The position numbers were made by a program, and so were the translations under genes. Under the pieces are notes generated by a model, which saw only the letters and a program-made list of their open reading frames with translations, made no database searches and was not told the DNA's origin. This document shows positions 63,967-64,000 of a stretch of DNA of 64,000 nucleotides, in pieces (position 1 is the stretch's first letter; every line of letters starts with the position of its first letter). The DNA lies in IMG/VR virus record IMGVR_UViG_3300044700_000691, positions 124,001 through 188,000 of that record; one strand, given 5' to 3'.

Positions 63967-64000
63967 TAGCCAGTATATCAATGTAAATATACTAATCCTG

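Noticed and set aside
1-64000. Stop-codon reassignment (seen in some jumbo phages)
   Set aside because: Conserved genes are full length and densely packed under code 11. TAA, TAG and TGA all terminate genes at expected ends.
1-64000. tRNA or other structured RNA genes
   Set aside because: Intergenic gaps are short, and GTTCGA-like matches (e.g. near 4585, 20715, 31855) fall in coding sequence without cloverleaf context. This was a by-eye check only; tRNAscan/Infernal would be decisive.

Overview
This 64-kb, AT-rich window comes from a large T4-like (probably jumbo) myovirus genome read in the standard code. It holds much of the T4 core. Replication and recombination genes include gp32, RNase H, UvsX, gp41, gp46/47, UvsY/W, gp61 and a PolB. 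Nucleotide metabolism genes include NrdAB, dUTPase, dCMP deaminase, a thymidylate-synthase-fold enzyme and an NMP kinase. Virion genes include sheath, tube, major capsid, prohead protease, portal, neck, gp2, gp4, gp5, gp25 and gp53. Host-like genes are rpS1, GroES and DnaJ. The nrdB-nrdA type and the A-rich leaders without Shine-Dalgarno sites suggest a Bacteroidota host (inference). Main discoveries: (1) the DNA polymerase is split in the fingers domain into two intein-free genes about 38 kb apart. (2) About 15 late proteins share a T4 capsid-targeting-like motif (F-x-x-F/Y-..-L-N/T-E) at N-terminal, internal and C-terminal positions, suggesting a large packaged and injected cargo. This includes an RNA-ligase/NTase/nuclease fusion, a HAD-NTase fusion and a histone-H1-like repeat protein. 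(3) The prohead protease is fused to a scaffold that also appears to have its own nested late promoter and start codon. (4) The 'thymidylate synthase' carries the Asp signature of dCMP-modifying enzymes. (5) Two promoter classes can be read from the sequence. All family assignments come from motifs recognised by eye; no database searches were run.
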